Part shown: piece after piece, positions 49,075 to 58,488 of the stretch
Numbering within the stretch: the stretch's first letter is position 1
Layout of the letters: each line of letters begins with the position of its first letter
NCBI GenBank assembly: GCA_017503285.1
Contig: JAFVTH010000018.1
Coordinates: forward strand, 42,930-106,929
Length of the DNA: 64,000 bases
Direction of reading: 5' to 3'
From: Clostridia bacterium
GTDB lineage: Bacteria; Bacillota; Clostridia; Oscillospirales; CAG-272
Notes under the pieces: generated by a model
Told to the model about the DNA's origin: nothing
Seen by the model: only the letters and a program-made list of their open reading frames with translations
The model's database searches: none
Made by a program: the position numbers and the translations under genes

Positions 49075-49536
49075 CTATATTTTCTCGTAGGTGATTATAG
49101 TGTCGTTTGCGTGGCATTTGCCAAGCTTTTTTTCTTTGATTTTTATTTCCTCGCCGTTGGAGATAATAAGGGAGATAGTGGTATCGTAGCCCTTTTTTTC
49201 TATTTCCTCAAGCTCTACACGCAAAATAAGCTGACCTCTTTTTACCTTATCCCCCACGTCCGCCTTGGGAAAGAAATGCTTACCCTTTAATTCAACCGTG
49301 TCTATACCCACATGGACAAGCAGCTCTGCCCCGTCGCTTGACATTATGCTAAATGCGTGCTTAGACTCATGTAGGGTTATAATTTGACCATCAACAGGGG
49401 AAAATATGCTACCCTGTGTCGGTTTTATCCCAACTCCATCGCCTAAAAGTCCGCTTGAAAAAACCTCATCCTCAACGTCCCTTAGCTCAATTACCTCTCC
49501 GCTTGCTACTGTGCCTATTTCCTTATTCATATACAT
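49075..49536 (-). CDS. crr: PTS glucose-family EIIA component
   Basis: DEVFS..LLGDG, SPVDG, KHA, LVHVGIDTV. Confidence 0.9.
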   Translation of the reverse strand: MYMNKEIGTVASGEVIELRDVEDEVFSSGLLGDGVGIKPTQGSIFSPVDGQIITLHESKHAFSIMSSDGAELLVHVGIDTVELKGKHFFPKADVGDKVKRGQLILRVELEEIEKKGYDTTISLIISNGEEIKIKEKKLGKCHANDTIITYEKI

Positions 49537-51170
49537 TCACTTACCTTTCCTCTTATTCCTAAAAGATATGGTACAGATACAGAAAGCTCGTCAACGCCTA
49601 TTTTTGCAAGTGATTGTGTCAAGCTTAAATCTGCTGCCATTTCTCCGCAAACGCCGATCCAGCCACCCCTTTTGTGTATGGCATCCGTTGCCATTTTAAT
49701 AAGCCTTAAAACAGGCTCGGCATTTTCCTCGCAAATATGAGAAACGCTTGGATTTTGCCTATCGGTTGCCAAGGTATACTGACTTAGGTCATTTGTTCCC
49801 ACGGAGAAAAAGTCCACCTCCTTGGCAAGCTCCTCACTCATTATGGCGCTTGCCGGAGTTTCTATCATTATACCTATCTCTATTTTTTCATCAAAGCTTT
49901 CTTTTCTTTCCCTAAGCTCCCTCATTGCATCATTAATCAGCGCCTTGCACTCTCTTATCTCGCTAACTGACACAATCATAGGTATCATAACCGACACTCT
50001 GCCATAATAAGAGGCTCGCAAAATCGCCCTGAGCTGGGATTTGAACATTTCCTTGTCCCTAAGGCAAACTCTGACACCTCTTAAGCCAAGGGCAGGATTT
50101 TCCTCCTTGGGAATATTAAAATATGGCGCTTGCTTGTCAGCACCTATATCAAGGGTGCGAATTATAACCCTGCGCCCCTCCATTTTCTCGGCTATTTCCT
50201 TGTAGGAAAGAAAAAGCTCCTCTTCGGTCGGCAAAGATTTTTTTGACATATAAAGCATTTCACTTCTTAAAAGTCCTATCCCCTCCGCACCGTTGGAGAT
50301 TGCGCCGGATATTTCCCTTGAGCTTTCAATATTTGCATATATCATTATTTTGTAGCCGCTACGGGTCACGGCAGGCTTGTTCATTATAGAGCGCAGATAT
50401 CTTTCATGCTCCCTTGCTATCCTCTCCTCCTTGTCCCTTTGCTCTAAAAACCTGTCTTTTTCCTCGTTTGTTGGGTTTATTATAAGGGTCCCGTCAGAGG
50501 CATCTAAAAGCGCGTATGCACCGTCGTATACTTTATCTATTGCTCCTGTGCCGACAAGAGCAGGAATCCCCATTGCACGAGCAAGGATTGCGCTATGGGA
50601 GGATGATGAGCCACCAAAGGTTACAAAGCCTAAAATCTTGTCCTTCTCCAGCCTTGCAGTTTCTGTGGGGGTTAGGTCCACTGCCACTAAAATGTAAGGA
50701 GACGTGTCTATTTTTACATCCTTTTTCTCCTTTTCATCAAGAGATGAAAGCAGCTGCTCCTTTATATCTAAAATGTCGCTTGCTCTTTCGGAAAGGTATG
50801 GGTCGTCAAGTGATTTTAGCATATTTGAATATTCAAGACAGGCATATTCTATTGCGCCCTCACAGGAGCTACCTTTATCTATTTTTTCTAAAATAGCTTG
50901 ATTTAGATCCTCGTCATCAAGGAGCATACGATGGATTTCAAAAATCTCTGCCTCGTCCTTGCCTATTACTCTCCTTGTTCTTTCCTCTAAATCAATGAGC
51001 TGGTCTGTTGCCCTGCTTTTTGCTTTTCCAAAGCGTTCAAGCTCTCTTTCCGGGCTTGATGGCTTATCCTTATCTCCGATTGAACTTTTTTCCTTTTTAA
51101 TAAAATGCAGTCTTGCGCCAACCTTTAGACTTGTTACACCAACACCTCTTATTTTTTTAACCTCTTTCAT
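49527..51170 (-). CDS. ptsI: PTS enzyme I
   Basis: SHSAILAR, GIGLLRSE, RTLDIGADK, ENPALGLRG, SVGTNDL, CGE; start trimmed to MKEVKK. Confidence 0.93.
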   Translation of the reverse strand: MKEVKKIRGVGVTSLKVGARLHFIKKEKSSIGDKDKPSSPERELERFGKAKSRATDQLIDLEERTRRVIGKDEAEIFEIHRMLLDDEDLNQAILEKIDKGSSCEGAIEYACLEYSNMLKSLDDPYLSERASDILDIKEQLLSSLDEKEKKDVKIDTSPYILVAVDLTPTETARLEKDKILGFVTFGGSSSSHSAILARAMGIPALVGTGAIDKVYDGAYALLDASDGTLIINPTNEEKDRFLEQRDKEERIAREHERYLRSIMNKPAVTRSGYKIMIYANIESSREISGAISNGAEGIGLLRSEMLYMSKKSLPTEEELFLSYKEIAEKMEGRRVIIRTLDIGADKQAPYFNIPKEENPALGLRGVRVCLRDKEMFKSQLRAILRASYYGRVSVMIPMIVSVSEIRECKALINDAMRELRERKESFDEKIEIGIMIETPASAIMSEELAKEVDFFSVGTNDLSQYTLATDRQNPSVSHICEENAEPVLRLIKMATDAIHKRGGWIGVCGEMAADLSLTQSLAKIGVDELSVSVPYLLGIRGKVSECI

Positions 51171-51432
51171 TTTCCCCCAGCTTTTCCTTGCATACATTGT
51201 ATAGGGCGATTTTTGCCCTTTCCTCGTCATGACCCTCTATCTTAAAGGAAAGCTCTGTGTCGCACCTTGCCCCAAGCGCCATTATGGAAAGAAGCCTTTT
51301 TCCGTCTGCCACCTTTCCGTTTGCGCTTATTTCCACTCTTGACTCAAAGGTTTTTGAGGCAGCCGATATTGCCCCTGCCGGTCTTGCGTGTAAGCCGTTT
51401 TTGTCCTTTATAATAAATGTAAATTCCTTCAT
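51157..51432 (-). CDS. ptsH: HPr family phosphocarrier protein
   Basis: GLHARPA with His15; upstream of enzyme I. Confidence 0.9.
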   Translation of the reverse strand: MKEFTFIIKDKNGLHARPAGAISAASKTFESRVEISANGKVADGKRLLSIMALGARCDTELSFKIEGHDEERAKIALYNVCKEKLGENERG

Positions 51433-51442
51433 TTTCCCCTCG

Positions 51443-51523
51443 CTAGCAACAAAAGGCTCGGACTAAGTTGTCTTGGAGCGACAAATTGCTGAGTATTTGT
51501 CCGACTTTTGTTTTGAAAATTTT
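51443..51523 (-). repeat. Single copy of the ~80 bp hairpin element also at 33080-33160
   Basis: Shares ACAAAAGTCGGACAAA, TCGCTCC, AGACAACTTAGTCCGA and CTTTTGTTGCTAG. Confidence 0.85.
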
Positions 51524-51610
51524 ATATTACACTTATTATTTTGGCAGTATTTTCTCTTTTTATGCAAATAAAAAAGGGAAACAGCACACGCCGTTTCCCT
51601 TATATTTATT

Positions 51611-54496
51611 TTAGTCTTCCTTGCTTGTAGGAACGATATAGTCCATATGTGTTATATCATACAATTCATTATAAGATATGCCACTTGGATTTTTAATGGT
51701 TTCATTATCCTGTACATAGCTAATATCGCTACCATTTATAATATAGAAGCTCATAATATAGCTATTTTCAAGCATGGACTTTTGAATACCTGTAAGTTTA
51801 AGCTCATAATAAACAGAATCAGATGAGGTTAGATTAATCTTTCTAACGCCGGTCTCTGCACTGCCATCAGCCTTAAGCGGTGTGTTTGTGCCAAGTCTGT
51901 CCTTAAGAGCAACAACCATACCAATTTCAAAGGTTGTTCCCTTTGTGCTGATAAAGTTGCTTATAGCATCACGGTCTATTTCGTATCTTGTTGCCACACC
52001 GTAGCTATCAGCACCCTGCTGTGTTGAGAAGCCAAGGCAGGAAAGAAGCGGTCTTTGTGTAGGAACGCTCTCGTCAATATCCTCGTGGCAGAAGTCACAA
52101 TCATAAACGCCGATGCCAAAATTTGTGTAGCCGTTATCGTATCTGATATCGACAAGCACATTCAAGCCGTGGGCGCTCTTTGGTGTAACAACCTTAACAA
52201 CCTCAACAACGTCATAGGTTGTGCTATTTGTAACCTTTCCCTTAAACAGCTTATAAATTGCGTCCTTAACCTCTCCACATGGGCAGTCGGTTTCGTAGTA
52301 TGTTCCACCCTCGGTTGTACAGCTTGCATCCACTGTTTTTACAGTATAAGCGTGCTTAATGCCGTAGTGGATTTGGTAGTTTGTGCATTCATTAAACGCA
52401 CTGCCGTTTTCTGTTTTTGCAACTGTATACAAGGAAAGGTTTGTATTTTTCTTAAAGCCGTTATTTCCAACGGAAAGCGTGTCTGCGTGGTGGTATACCT
52501 TAGCATTTTGCGCTATGCTTTCAAAGGCAGAGTCGCCAATGCTGTTGATTTCCATAAGCACGATGGTGTGAAGCTTGGAGTTTCCATAGAAGGTTGAGTT
52601 TGCAATTTTTGTAATGCCTTTACCTATATATAACTCCTCAACACCGGCCTCATAAAAGGCAGCAACCTCAGCAAATGTTACATTTGCGCCGTCTGGGAAA
52701 ATAAGCTTTTTAATATTTGTTTTCTTAAAGCTATCCTGTCCGAAGGTATATTTACTACCCGATGACAGATTAAGGGCAGAAACATTTGCAATGCCGGTAA
52801 AGGCTTCCTTTTTAAAGTTGATATCTGCGCCCTCAACATTTGAATTGATTGTCTTTAAGGTTGATGGGGCACATTTTGCATTGAAGGTAACTGTTGCTTT
52901 TTTAACTGTTATTGTTTCAAGAGAGGTTAGCTTTGTTAGGCTTTCAATTGTAACAATTGCGCCGTCGTCAATTATAATCTCCTTAACATTAGCGCGATTT
53001 GTGCCAAAGTTAACACTAACAACACCCATCGGGATTATGATTGTGTCAATAGAGTCAACACTATACCCGCCAAACGCCTTAATATCTGTAACGCTGTAGC
53101 CTTTTGAAGTTTCGGTCAAGGCAAACAGCTCCTTAATAGCTGCCTCCACAGTTTCCTTTTGTCCGGAGCCATTAATGATTACAACGCTTATTGTATCGGT
53201 TGATGGGTCATATAGTAAAACCCTGTACTCTGCGCTTTTGCAGGTCTTGCAAATGTATTTTTCCCAGCCAAGCTCAGTTTTTGTAGCCAATTTCTTTTCA
53301 GAAAATTCATAATCATGTGTGCCAAACTCGCCGTATCTGAAGGACACCTCATGTGAACAATGCTCACAGGTGTAAATCTCCTCAGAAATGTTACCGCAGC
53401 TTGCATTGGTCTTAGCTGTTAGCTTATAAGAATGTGCCTCTTGATTACAATCCTTAGGCACAACTGTTTTATAAGCTACGCCACCAATAGTAAAGTCCAT
53501 TAGCTTATAAGTCGCAAAATCTATTGTTGTGCTAAGGGCTATTTGGTCCTCGCCCTCAATTGAAAAGTTACCGCCTGTGATTGTAAACACGGTCTTTTCA
53601 TCACGGAAAAAGCTATATGTAGAGTTGGTCATTATAATAGAACCACCTCTAATATTTGCTTTAATAGTAATGCCGCTTGTGGTTTGATTTGTAAAGCGGC
53701 TGTTGACAACAAGCAAGCCACCGTCGTTGACCTCTAGGCGAGGCGAGCATGGTGAATTATGCCCAAGCTGCATTGCAATATTACATGTGGCCTTGCCATA
53801 AATTTGTAGCCAAGGATAACCCTGTGAAACATAACCGTTGTTATCGTGAATCAAAATTGAATTCGGTGCGTCAACAATAACATCTCTACCAATAAACAAA
53901 ACACAGCAGTCACCACCCCAGCCATGGTTTCTTGCAAGAAGAAACTCATTTGTGCCGTTGTATGTAACCTTGCCTGTACCATAAAACTTAATACCTGTTC
54001 TGTCGCCACCGAAGGCAGTGTTATTGCCTGTAATATTTATATTATGTCCGTTAAGCAAAACTGTAGCAACGTCCCAGTTTTTCGTGGTAACCCTGCCGGC
54101 GCCCTCAATATCCTTTATAAGTCTGATTGGAGTTGCGTCACCAGCGCAGGTTTTAAATGTATTAAAGTCCGAAACGTCAAGCGCAACAATTTGGCGAAGG
54201 TTTGTATCTTCATTAAGGATAACCTCGGTGCCACCCTCCCAGGCACGACCGTCATCGGTGTACCAGTTAAAGGAATAGCCCTGCTCTACCTCTTTTGTAG
54301 GTAGCTTATATGGCACGCCTGCTTGAATTTCAACCTTACCCTTTTCTCCAAAGCTTTCATCGATCGAGCTATCTTTATAGAAGGTAAGATTTATTTCAAG
54401 GGCAAAGCATGATATTGCAAAAAGCATAATCAGCATTGCTACCATAGAAAGCGTAATTAAAATTTTAGTCTTAGTTTTTATCATAACGCACCCCAT
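51611..54496 (-). CDS. Secreted BspA-type leucine-rich-repeat protein
   Basis: Signal peptide (AISCFA), IGDSAF/IANSTF LRR units, His/CxxC modules; start could be 54484. Confidence 0.82.
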   Translation of the reverse strand: MGCVMIKTKTKILITLSMVAMLIMLFAISCFALEINLTFYKDSSIDESFGEKGKVEIQAGVPYKLPTKEVEQGYSFNWYTDDGRAWEGGTEVILNEDTNLRQIVALDVSDFNTFKTCAGDATPIRLIKDIEGAGRVTTKNWDVATVLLNGHNINITGNNTAFGGDRTGIKFYGTGKVTYNGTNEFLLARNHGWGGDCCVLFIGRDVIVDAPNSILIHDNNGYVSQGYPWLQIYGKATCNIAMQLGHNSPCSPRLEVNDGGLLVVNSRFTNQTTSGITIKANIRGGSIIMTNSTYSFFRDEKTVFTITGGNFSIEGEDQIALSTTIDFATYKLMDFTIGGVAYKTVVPKDCNQEAHSYKLTAKTNASCGNISEEIYTCEHCSHEVSFRYGEFGTHDYEFSEKKLATKTELGWEKYICKTCKSAEYRVLLYDPSTDTISVVIINGSGQKETVEAAIKELFALTETSKGYSVTDIKAFGGYSVDSIDTIIIPMGVVSVNFGTNRANVKEIIIDDGAIVTIESLTKLTSLETITVKKATVTFNAKCAPSTLKTINSNVEGADINFKKEAFTGIANVSALNLSSGSKYTFGQDSFKKTNIKKLIFPDGANVTFAEVAAFYEAGVEELYIGKGITKIANSTFYGNSKLHTIVLMEINSIGDSAFESIAQNAKVYHHADTLSVGNNGFKKNTNLSLYTVAKTENGSAFNECTNYQIHYGIKHAYTVKTVDASCTTEGGTYYETDCPCGEVKDAIYKLFKGKVTNSTTYDVVEVVKVVTPKSAHGLNVLVDIRYDNGYTNFGIGVYDCDFCHEDIDESVPTQRPLLSCLGFSTQQGADSYGVATRYEIDRDAISNFISTKGTTFEIGMVVALKDRLGTNTPLKADGSAETGVRKINLTSSDSVYYELKLTGIQKSMLENSYIMSFYIINGSDISYVQDNETIKNPSGISYNELYDITHMDYIVPTSKED

Positions 54497-54654
54497 TTAG
54501 GTAATAAAAGGATAGATTTATATTATTATAAATATAATCTTACAGACTAATTATAACATTATATAAAATATTTGTCAACATAGCAATATGCACAAATTTA
54601 GCTATTTTGCACAACTTTTCAAGCCTTTTTGCCATCGATAAAACGAAATTACAC

Positions 54655-54684
54655 AAAAAAAGGATGCCGAAGCATCCCTTTTTG
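54655..54684 (-). terminator. Intrinsic terminator, probably for pgk-tpiA
   Basis: AAAAAAGGATGC-CGAA-GCATCCCTTTTT; UUCG loop on minus strand. Confidence 0.75.
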
Positions 54685-54710
54685 ATTACATTAAGCTTTG
54701 CCTTGCCACC

Positions 54711-55355
54711 GCGTACCGAACGCTTTGACGCTCAATGCTCAATTGGAAGTCAGAACCGAAAAAGACAAGGCGTACCGAGCATTTTGAGGCTTTAGAAGCA
54801 AGTGATTCAAGGCGCACCGAACGGTTTGACGCTCAAGGCTCAATTGGAAGTCAGAACCGAAAAGGACAAAGTGTGCCGAACGGTTCGACGCTCAAGAAGC
54901 AAGAAAGACAAGGCGCACCACAGGTTGAGGGCGCAGGCATACCTTTTGTATGTCAAGGTTTCTCGCGAACCCCCTAAAAAGCCACACTTTTTTGGGGAAC
55001 CCCTCAGCACCGAGGAGCAACGACAAAGCACGAAGCTTATCAAAGCCTCAATTGGAAGTTAGAACCGAAAAAGACAAGGTGTACCGCAGATGTCGGACGA
55101 AGGCTATCTTACGATAGTCGAGGTCTCTCGCGAACCCCCTAAAAAGCCACGCTTTTTTGGGGAACCCCTCAGCACCGAGGAACAACGATGTATTTTGAAG
55201 ATTATCACTTTCAATGTTTGAGACTTTAGAAGCAAGAAAGACAAGGCGCACCGAACGGTTTGACGCTCAAGAAGCAAGAAAGACAAGGCGCACCACAGGT
55301 TGAGGGCGCAGGCATACCTTTTGTATGTCAAGGTCTCAACCGAGGAGCAACGCAG
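54711..55355. repeat. Modular intergenic repeat mosaic (REP/MITE-like)
   Basis: Eight copies of a CAAGGYGYACC-like core plus five recurring modules of 15-45 bp. Confidence 0.9.
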
Positions 55356-55381
55356 TATCTCGCAGCTTATTGTGTGTCAAA

Positions 55382-56137
55382 TTATTGGGCAGCGGAAACT
55401 ATGATAGAAAAATCCTTAGCCTTTAAGGATGCACCGCCGATAAGACCGCCGTCAACATTTTCCTTTGCAAGAAGCTCTTGTGCGTTTGCTGCATTCATTG
55501 AGCCACCGTATTGAATGGTGATTTCCTCTGCTGCCTTTGCGCCGTAAAGAGCTTTGATTGTGTTTCTGATTGTGCCACAGGTTTCGTCAGCCTGCTCCGG
55601 TGTAGCTGTCAAGCCTGTACCGATAGCCCAAACAGGCTCGTATGCTATTATAACATTCTTAAGCTGCTCCTCTGTTACGTCCTTAAGAGCAAGCTTTGTT
55701 TGCATAGATACAACCTCGTCTGTGATGCCGTTAAGTCTTTCGTCCTTAACCTCGCCAAGACAAAGGATAACTGTAAGGCCTGCGTTAAGAGCAGCCTTTG
55801 TTCTAAGGTTTACTGTTTCGTCTGTTTCGCCAAAGTACTGTCTTCTCTCGCTGTGGCCGATGATAACATACTGAATGCCACACTCCTTAAGCATATCTGC
55901 AGAGATTTCGCCTGTGTAAGCACCCTTTTCAGCAAAGTGAACGTTTTCAGCACCGATTTTAATGTTAGAGCCCTTTGCAGCCTCTTGTGCAGCATAGATA
56001 TCAACAAATGGTACACAGAAGATAATGTCGCAGTTGTCCTTGCCTGCAACAAGTGGCTTTGTCTCCTCAATAAGAGCCTTAGCCTGGCTTGGGGTCATAT
56101 TCATTTTCCAGTTTCCAGCAATAACTTTTCTTCTCAT
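55382..56137 (-). CDS. tpiA: Triose-phosphate isomerase
   Basis: AGNWKMN, GHSERR, AYEPVWAIGTG, YGGS. Confidence 0.98.
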   Translation of the reverse strand: MRRKVIAGNWKMNMTPSQAKALIEETKPLVAGKDNCDIIFCVPFVDIYAAQEAAKGSNIKIGAENVHFAEKGAYTGEISADMLKECGIQYVIIGHSERRQYFGETDETVNLRTKAALNAGLTVILCLGEVKDERLNGITDEVVSMQTKLALKDVTEEQLKNVIIAYEPVWAIGTGLTATPEQADETCGTIRNTIKALYGAKAAEEITIQYGGSMNAANAQELLAKENVDGGLIGGASLKAKDFSIIVSAAQ

Positions 56138-56220
56138 TTTCTTTATTTCTCCGTATTCATATTAATAGTTGTTCATATGTTAATTTGTAAATAAGATAGC
56201 CAAAAAGCCAATAAAATCAA

Positions 56221-56248
56221 TGTATGCAGGGTTTTACGCCTGCATACA
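56221..56248. other. Hairpin between pgk and tpiA (stabiliser or weak terminator)
   Basis: TGTATGCAGG/CCTGCATACA stem without a clear U tract. Confidence 0.5.
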
Positions 56249-56258
56249 CAAATGATTA

Positions 56259-57560
56259 TTATTTATCTTGTAGGCAAGCAATACCTGGGAGCTCAAGACC
56301 CTCAAGGAATTCAAGAGATGCACCACCGCCTGTGGAGATGTGTGTCATCTTGTCAGCAAAGCCAAGCTTTTCAACTGCAGCAGCAGAGTCACCACCACCG
56401 ATAATGGAGATAGCACCGCTTTCAGCAACTGCGTTAGCAACTGCCTCTGTACCTGCAGCAAAGTTCTTCCACTCGGAAACGCCCATAGGACCGTTCCAAA
56501 CAACTGTGCCGGCACCCTTGATTGCGTTTGCAAATAGCTCCTGTGTCTTAGGACCGATGTCAAGACCCATCCAGCCGTCAGGAATTTCATTAGAGTTGCA
56601 GAACTTAGATTCTGTATTCTCGTCGTACTCCTTACCAAGCTTGTTATCAACAGGGATAAGGAACTTAACGCCCTTAGCCTCTGCCTTGTTCATCATTTCC
56701 TTAGCAAGCTCAACCTTGTCGTCCTCGCAAAGAGATGTACCAACGTTGTAGCCAAGAGCCTTGAAGAATGTGTAAGCCATACCACCGCCGATAATGAGGG
56801 TGTCAACCTTTTCGATAAGGTTGTTGATAACGCCAATCTTGTCAGAAACCTTAGCACCGCCAAGGATAGCAACGAATGGACGAGCAGGATCTGCAAGAGC
56901 CTTGCCCATAACGCCGATTTCCTTTTGAATGAGGTAACCGCAAACTGCAGGTAGGTACTCAGCAACGCCGGCTGTTGTAGCGTGTGCGCGGTGAGCAGTA
57001 CCGAAGGCATCGTTTACATAAATGTCTGCGTAGGAAGCAAGCTCCTTTGCAAAGTCAAGATTGTTCTTTGTTTCTCTTGCGTCGAAACGAACGTTTTCCA
57101 AAAGAACAGCCTTACCAGCTGTAAGAGCAGCAACCTTAGCCTTTGCGTCCTCGCCAACGATATCCTCAGCGAATGTTACTGTACCCTCGCCAAGAAGCTC
57201 GTTAAGTCTATCTGCAACCGGCTTAAGTGTAAGCTTTTTCTTGTCGTCTACAAGAGCCTTAGCAAGAAGGTCTTTTGTAGCTGCAGCTCTTTCTGCCTCA
57301 GGAAGCTCCTCTACCTTTTTCTTTTCCTTTTTTGTAAGGCCAAAGCCCTCTGTAAGAATGCTGTGTGGCTTGCCCATGTGGGAGCAAAGAACAACCTTTG
57401 CACCGTTGTCAAGTAGGTACTTGATTGTTGGAAGAGCGCCGATAATTCTCTTATCGCTTGTGATCTTACCGTCCTTCATAGGAACGTTGAAGTCACATCT
57501 AACAAGCACTCTTGCGCCTTGAACGTTAACGTCTTCAATTGTTTTCTTGTTGTAGGTCAT
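56259..57560 (-). CDS. pgk: Phosphoglycerate kinase with internal insertion
   Basis: [44 protein letters not shown]. Confidence 0.98.
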   Translation of the reverse strand: MTYNKKTIEDVNVQGARVLVRCDFNVPMKDGKITSDKRIIGALPTIKYLLDNGAKVVLCSHMGKPHSILTEGFGLTKKEKKKVEELPEAERAAATKDLLAKALVDDKKKLTLKPVADRLNELLGEGTVTFAEDIVGEDAKAKVAALTAGKAVLLENVRFDARETKNNLDFAKELASYADIYVNDAFGTAHRAHATTAGVAEYLPAVCGYLIQKEIGVMGKALADPARPFVAILGGAKVSDKIGVINNLIEKVDTLIIGGGMAYTFFKALGYNVGTSLCEDDKVELAKEMMNKAEAKGVKFLIPVDNKLGKEYDENTESKFCNSNEIPDGWMGLDIGPKTQELFANAIKGAGTVVWNGPMGVSEWKNFAAGTEAVANAVAESGAISIIGGGDSAAAVEKLGFADKMTHISTGGGASLEFLEGLELPGIACLQDK

Positions 57561-57643
57561 TTTAATTTATCTCCTATTTTTTATTTTTTCGCATATAATA
57601 TAGCATATTTTTATCTATTTATCAATAGATATTTGAAATTTTT

Positions 57644-58486
57644 TTACATGACAACATATCTTACGATATAGTAGCCTATCAAAATAACGCCAAGGGCGAT
57701 TCTATACCAGCCAAAGCTTTCAAAGCTATGGTTCTTAACAAACGCCATAAGAAGCTTGATTACAAAGAGGGACAAGGCAAAGGCAACTACTGTGCCGGCT
57801 ATCAAAACACCGATTTCCGTTGCATTCAGGCTAAAGCCACCTGCTACAAACTTTATGATCTTAAGCAGGCTTGCGCCAAGCATAACGGGAATTGCAAGGA
57901 AAAAGGAAAACTCCGCAGCGGCGGTTCTTGACACCTTGACAACCGATGCGCCGAGGATTGTAGAGCCGGAGCGAGATGTGCCGGGAATCAAGGAAAGCAC
58001 CTGGAAGCAACCGATTTTCAAAGCAGTCGGATAATCAATATCGTAAACGTCCTCATACTTCATTTGTCTGTTTTTGTTAAGACGTTCGATAACAATAAAC
58101 AAAACGCCATAAACCACAAGAGCTATTGCAACTGTGATAAAGTTATAAAGATAAGTGTCAAGCAGGTCCTCAAGGATAATGCCGATTACAGCAGCGGGTA
58201 AAACCGCAACTATAACCTTAAGCCACAGGGACCAGGTTTTCTTTTTCAGCTCCGGAGCTTTGTTTTTTGACCAAGGGTTTAGCTTATCAAAAAACAAAAT
58301 AATTACTGCCAAAATCGAACCAAGCTGTGTTATAACCTCAAAAAGATTCCAGCACTCATCACTGATATTCAGCTTTATAAACTCGTTGGCAATTATCATA
58401 TGTCCCGTGCTTGAAACGGGTAGCCATTCGGTTATGCCCTGCACAATGCCTATAAGGGCAGCCTTTAGGATTTCTATAAATTCCAT
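57644..58486 (-). CDS. uppP: Undecaprenyl-diphosphate phosphatase
   Basis: QGITEWLPVSSTGH, PGTSRSGSTI, AAEFSF. Confidence 0.96.
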   Translation of the reverse strand: MEFIEILKAALIGIVQGITEWLPVSSTGHMIIANEFIKLNISDECWNLFEVITQLGSILAVIILFFDKLNPWSKNKAPELKKKTWSLWLKVIVAVLPAAVIGIILEDLLDTYLYNFITVAIALVVYGVLFIVIERLNKNRQMKYEDVYDIDYPTALKIGCFQVLSLIPGTSRSGSTILGASVVKVSRTAAAEFSFFLAIPVMLGASLLKIIKFVAGGFSLNATEIGVLIAGTVVAFALSLFVIKLLMAFVKNHSFESFGWYRIALGVILIGYYIVRYVVM

Positions 58487-58488
58487 TT

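Noticed and set aside
54711-55355. CRISPR array
   Set aside because: Intervening sequences are themselves repeated, spacing is irregular, and no cas genes are present
54735-55514. Short ORFs across the repeat mosaic
   Set aside because: No RBS, several overlapping frames on both strands, and translations simply mirror the DNA repeats
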